27,921 nt of DNA from Candidatus Aenigmatarchaeota archaeon. GTDB taxonomy: Archaea; Aenigmatarchaeota; Aenigmatarchaeia; CG10238-14; SCSR01. Positions within the stretch are counted from its first letter, which is position 1. The number at the start of each line of letters is the position of its first letter. Shown piece after piece: positions 26,605-27,921 of the stretch. Where the stretch lies: NCBI GenBank assembly GCA_039091335.1, contig JAWCME010000005.1, positions 1-27,921 on the forward strand, read 5' to 3'. The notes under the pieces are model-generated. The model was given only the letters and a program-made list of their open reading frames with translations. It was not told the origin of the DNA and searched no databases. The position numbers and the translations under genes were made by a program.

Positions 26605-26866
26605 GCTGGCAAGCTAAGAGGACGGCTTCGACTTAAGGTCAAACTTAAGTTGAGGAAGTTCCATCCACCCAAAGACTCGAAAAGGAACTCCGAGAGGAGT
26701 CGGGCCAGTATCAGAGACGAGACCTTTTAGTTGCGCCAACGATGAGAGAAATTGAGTTGCAGCTAAAAGGATGAAACGGACTGGCTCGGTCTGATGGGGT
26801 GCAAAGCTAGGCTGCTTAGACAAATGCCGTTTAGAACAGAAGATGGGCTACTCTTAGCTTGCCAGC
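26605..26866 (+). ncRNA. rnpB: RNase P RNA, type M-like
   Basis: 16-bp P1 (GCTGGCAAGCTAAGAG/CTCTTAGCTTGCCAGC); GAGGAAGTTCCATCCA and ACAGAAGATGGGCTA form P4; CAGAGA, TGAAAC, GGGGTGCAA and GCTTAG motifs; locally GC-rich. Confidence 0.93.
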
Positions 26867-26872
26867 TTTTTT
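26867..26872 (+). terminator. Oligo-T terminator of rnpB
   Basis: TTTTTT immediately after the P1 3' strand. Confidence 0.6.
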
Positions 26873-26916
26873 AATCTTAAAAATTTAAATAGTTAATAAG
26901 AACATACTGAGTAATA

Positions 26917-27042
26917 ATGGTGACTAATACGAGAAAAAGGAAAAAATTTGATGACATGCTCTTCCTAAGGGTATTAAAAGATATGGAAGAAAATTTTTTA
27001 GAAATAGATTATTCATATTATTTATCGTTAAATCCAAATTAG
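26917..27042 (+). CDS. Possible 41-aa small protein
   Basis: MVTNTRKRKKFDDMLFLRVLKDMEENFLEIDYSYYLSLNPN; TATA-like TTTAAATA about 30 nt upstream; ends 7 nt before secG. Confidence 0.4.
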   Translation: MVTNTRKRKKFDDMLFLRVLKDMEENFLEIDYSYYLSLNPN

Positions 27043-27049
27043 TGATAGT

Positions 27050-27227
27050 ATGGTTAAGAAAAGCGAAAGAATATACATGCCCATGGGTGTAGGGGGACTT
27101 AAAGCTTAGCTGGTCAATCCGCTACACCGAGGAAGAGAAAGAACTTGTAAAGATTAAACCAGAGCATGTTGTTTGGATTGTTATAGGGGTTGTTATTCTT
27201 GAAATAGTTTTGAGAATATTTTTTTGA
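27050..27227 (+). CDS. secG: Preprotein translocase subunit Sec61-beta, intron-containing: join(27050..27101, 27118..27227), 53 aa
   Basis: Spliced product MVKKSERIYMPMGVGGLIRYTEEEKELVKIKPEHVVWIVIGVVILEIVLRIFF carries the family signature GGL.RY..EE...KI.P..V plus a C-terminal TM helix. Confidence 0.88.
27102..27117 (+). other. Putative 16-nt mRNA micro-intron with canonical BHB in secG: AAGCTTAGCTGGTCAA
   Basis: Outer stem, central helix GACU/GGUC, bulges UA^A and AA^U, inner stem AGC/GCU; contains an in-frame TAG. Confidence 0.88.
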
Positions 27228-27235
27228 AAACAACA

Positions 27236-27358
27236 TTATTTTATCCTTTTCTCTCTTTTCCATATTTTCCATAAACTATCCCAGATTTTTCTCTGCCAGT
27301 ATGCTCTTGCTCTTTTCATACTTTCTCTCATATGGAAAAATCTCTTTTTAACTCGCAT
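27236..27358 (-). CDS. Possible 31-40-aa basic Trp-rich small protein
   Basis: MRVKKRFFHMRESMKRARAYWQRKIWDSLWKIWKREKRIK; alternative ATG at 27331; fills the gap between secG and the pilin gene. Confidence 0.4.
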   Translation of the reverse strand: MRVKKRFFHMRESMKRARAYWQRKIWDSLWKIWKREKRIK

Positions 27359-27391
27359 CAATAATATTTAATAAAAAAATAAATTTAAATT

Positions 27392-27814
27392 GTGAAGAAT
27401 AAAGCGATATCCCCTTTAGTCGCAGCAGTCCTCTTAATAGCAGTTACCATGACGGTAGCAGGAATGCTTGCTTATTGGGCCTCAAGTTTTGTAAGAGAGA
27501 GAACAAAAGAATGGGAAAATCAAACCCTTGCAGGAGAATGCCAGTTTGCAGATTTTAGGGTTTATCAGTGTGTATATGATAACCAGAATTCAAGAATAAA
27601 TTTAATTCTCGAAAACATAAGGTCGATTGAACTTAAAAACATTAGGCTTTATGTTTTGTATCCAAACGGAACCTTAACTTCAGAAATTCCTTTGAACGAA
27701 CCCTTGAGAGCGGGTGAAGTTAAAGTATATCACATTTCTAACATAAGTCCAGGGTTCTCGAAAATTATAATAAAAACACATTGTCCGGACATAAGCACAG
27801 AGAGTGTATGTTAA
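27392..27814 (+). CDS. Archaeal type IV pilin (archaellin/pilin N-terminal domain)
   Basis: KNKA/ISPLVAAVLLIAVTMTVAG class III signal peptide. Confidence 0.85.
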   Translation: MKNKAISPLVAAVLLIAVTMTVAGMLAYWASSFVRERTKEWENQTLAGECQFADFRVYQCVYDNQNSRINLILENIRSIELKNIRLYVLYPNGTLTSEIPLNEPLRAGEVKVYHISNISPGFSKIIIKTHCPDISTESVC

Positions 27815-27921
27815 TGAAGGGAATTTCTCCGCTTATAGCTACGGTTCTAATTATATCACTTACAATTCTTGTTGGTGGCATGGTTTCTATTTGGTTAACA
27901 GGCTTTACTAAAACATCCATA
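27814..27921 (+). CDS. Second archaeal type IV pilin, partial
   Basis: ATG overlaps the previous TAA; MKG/ISPLIATVLIISLTILVGGMVSIW. Confidence 0.8.
   Translation, partial: MKGISPLIATVLIISLTILVGGMVSIWLTGFTKTSI

Noticed and set aside
26630..26643. GACTTAAGGTCAA in rnpB resembles the secG intron flanks
   Set aside because: It is part of the P3 hairpin (GACTTAAG/CTTAAGTT), and the spacing cannot form a BHB.
26614..26823. 69-aa minus-strand ORF
   Set aside because: Shadow of the RNase P RNA.

Overview
AT-rich, gene-dense archaeal chromosome segment, probably DPANN (Aenigmarchaeota-like; inferred from gene content, not tested). Core genes: rpoL, METTL5-like methyltransferase, dph2, aspS, rnhB, tbp, mcm, RPA32-like, aIF2-beta, rfcL/rfcS and an RNase P RNA resembling type M. 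Surface genes: two large modular secreted proteins and several class III signal peptide (pilin-like) genes. Main result: two conserved protein genes, rnhB (RNase HII) and secG/Sec61-beta, are each broken by a tiny frame-disrupting insert of 14 nt and 16 nt. Each insert folds with its exon flanks into a bulge-helix-bulge (BHB) or relaxed BHB motif. Cutting at the standard tRNA-splicing-endonuclease positions restores the conserved protein motif exactly in both cases, and the two inserts resemble each other. This points to mRNA micro-introns that gene callers miss: the ORF track truncates rnhB and omits Sec61-beta. Other points: DNA-level homogenisation of the two TBP repeats, a 30-bp perfect palindrome in the tbp promoter, an ATA start for rnhB, and nested domain insertions in a 1705-aa adhesin-like protein.
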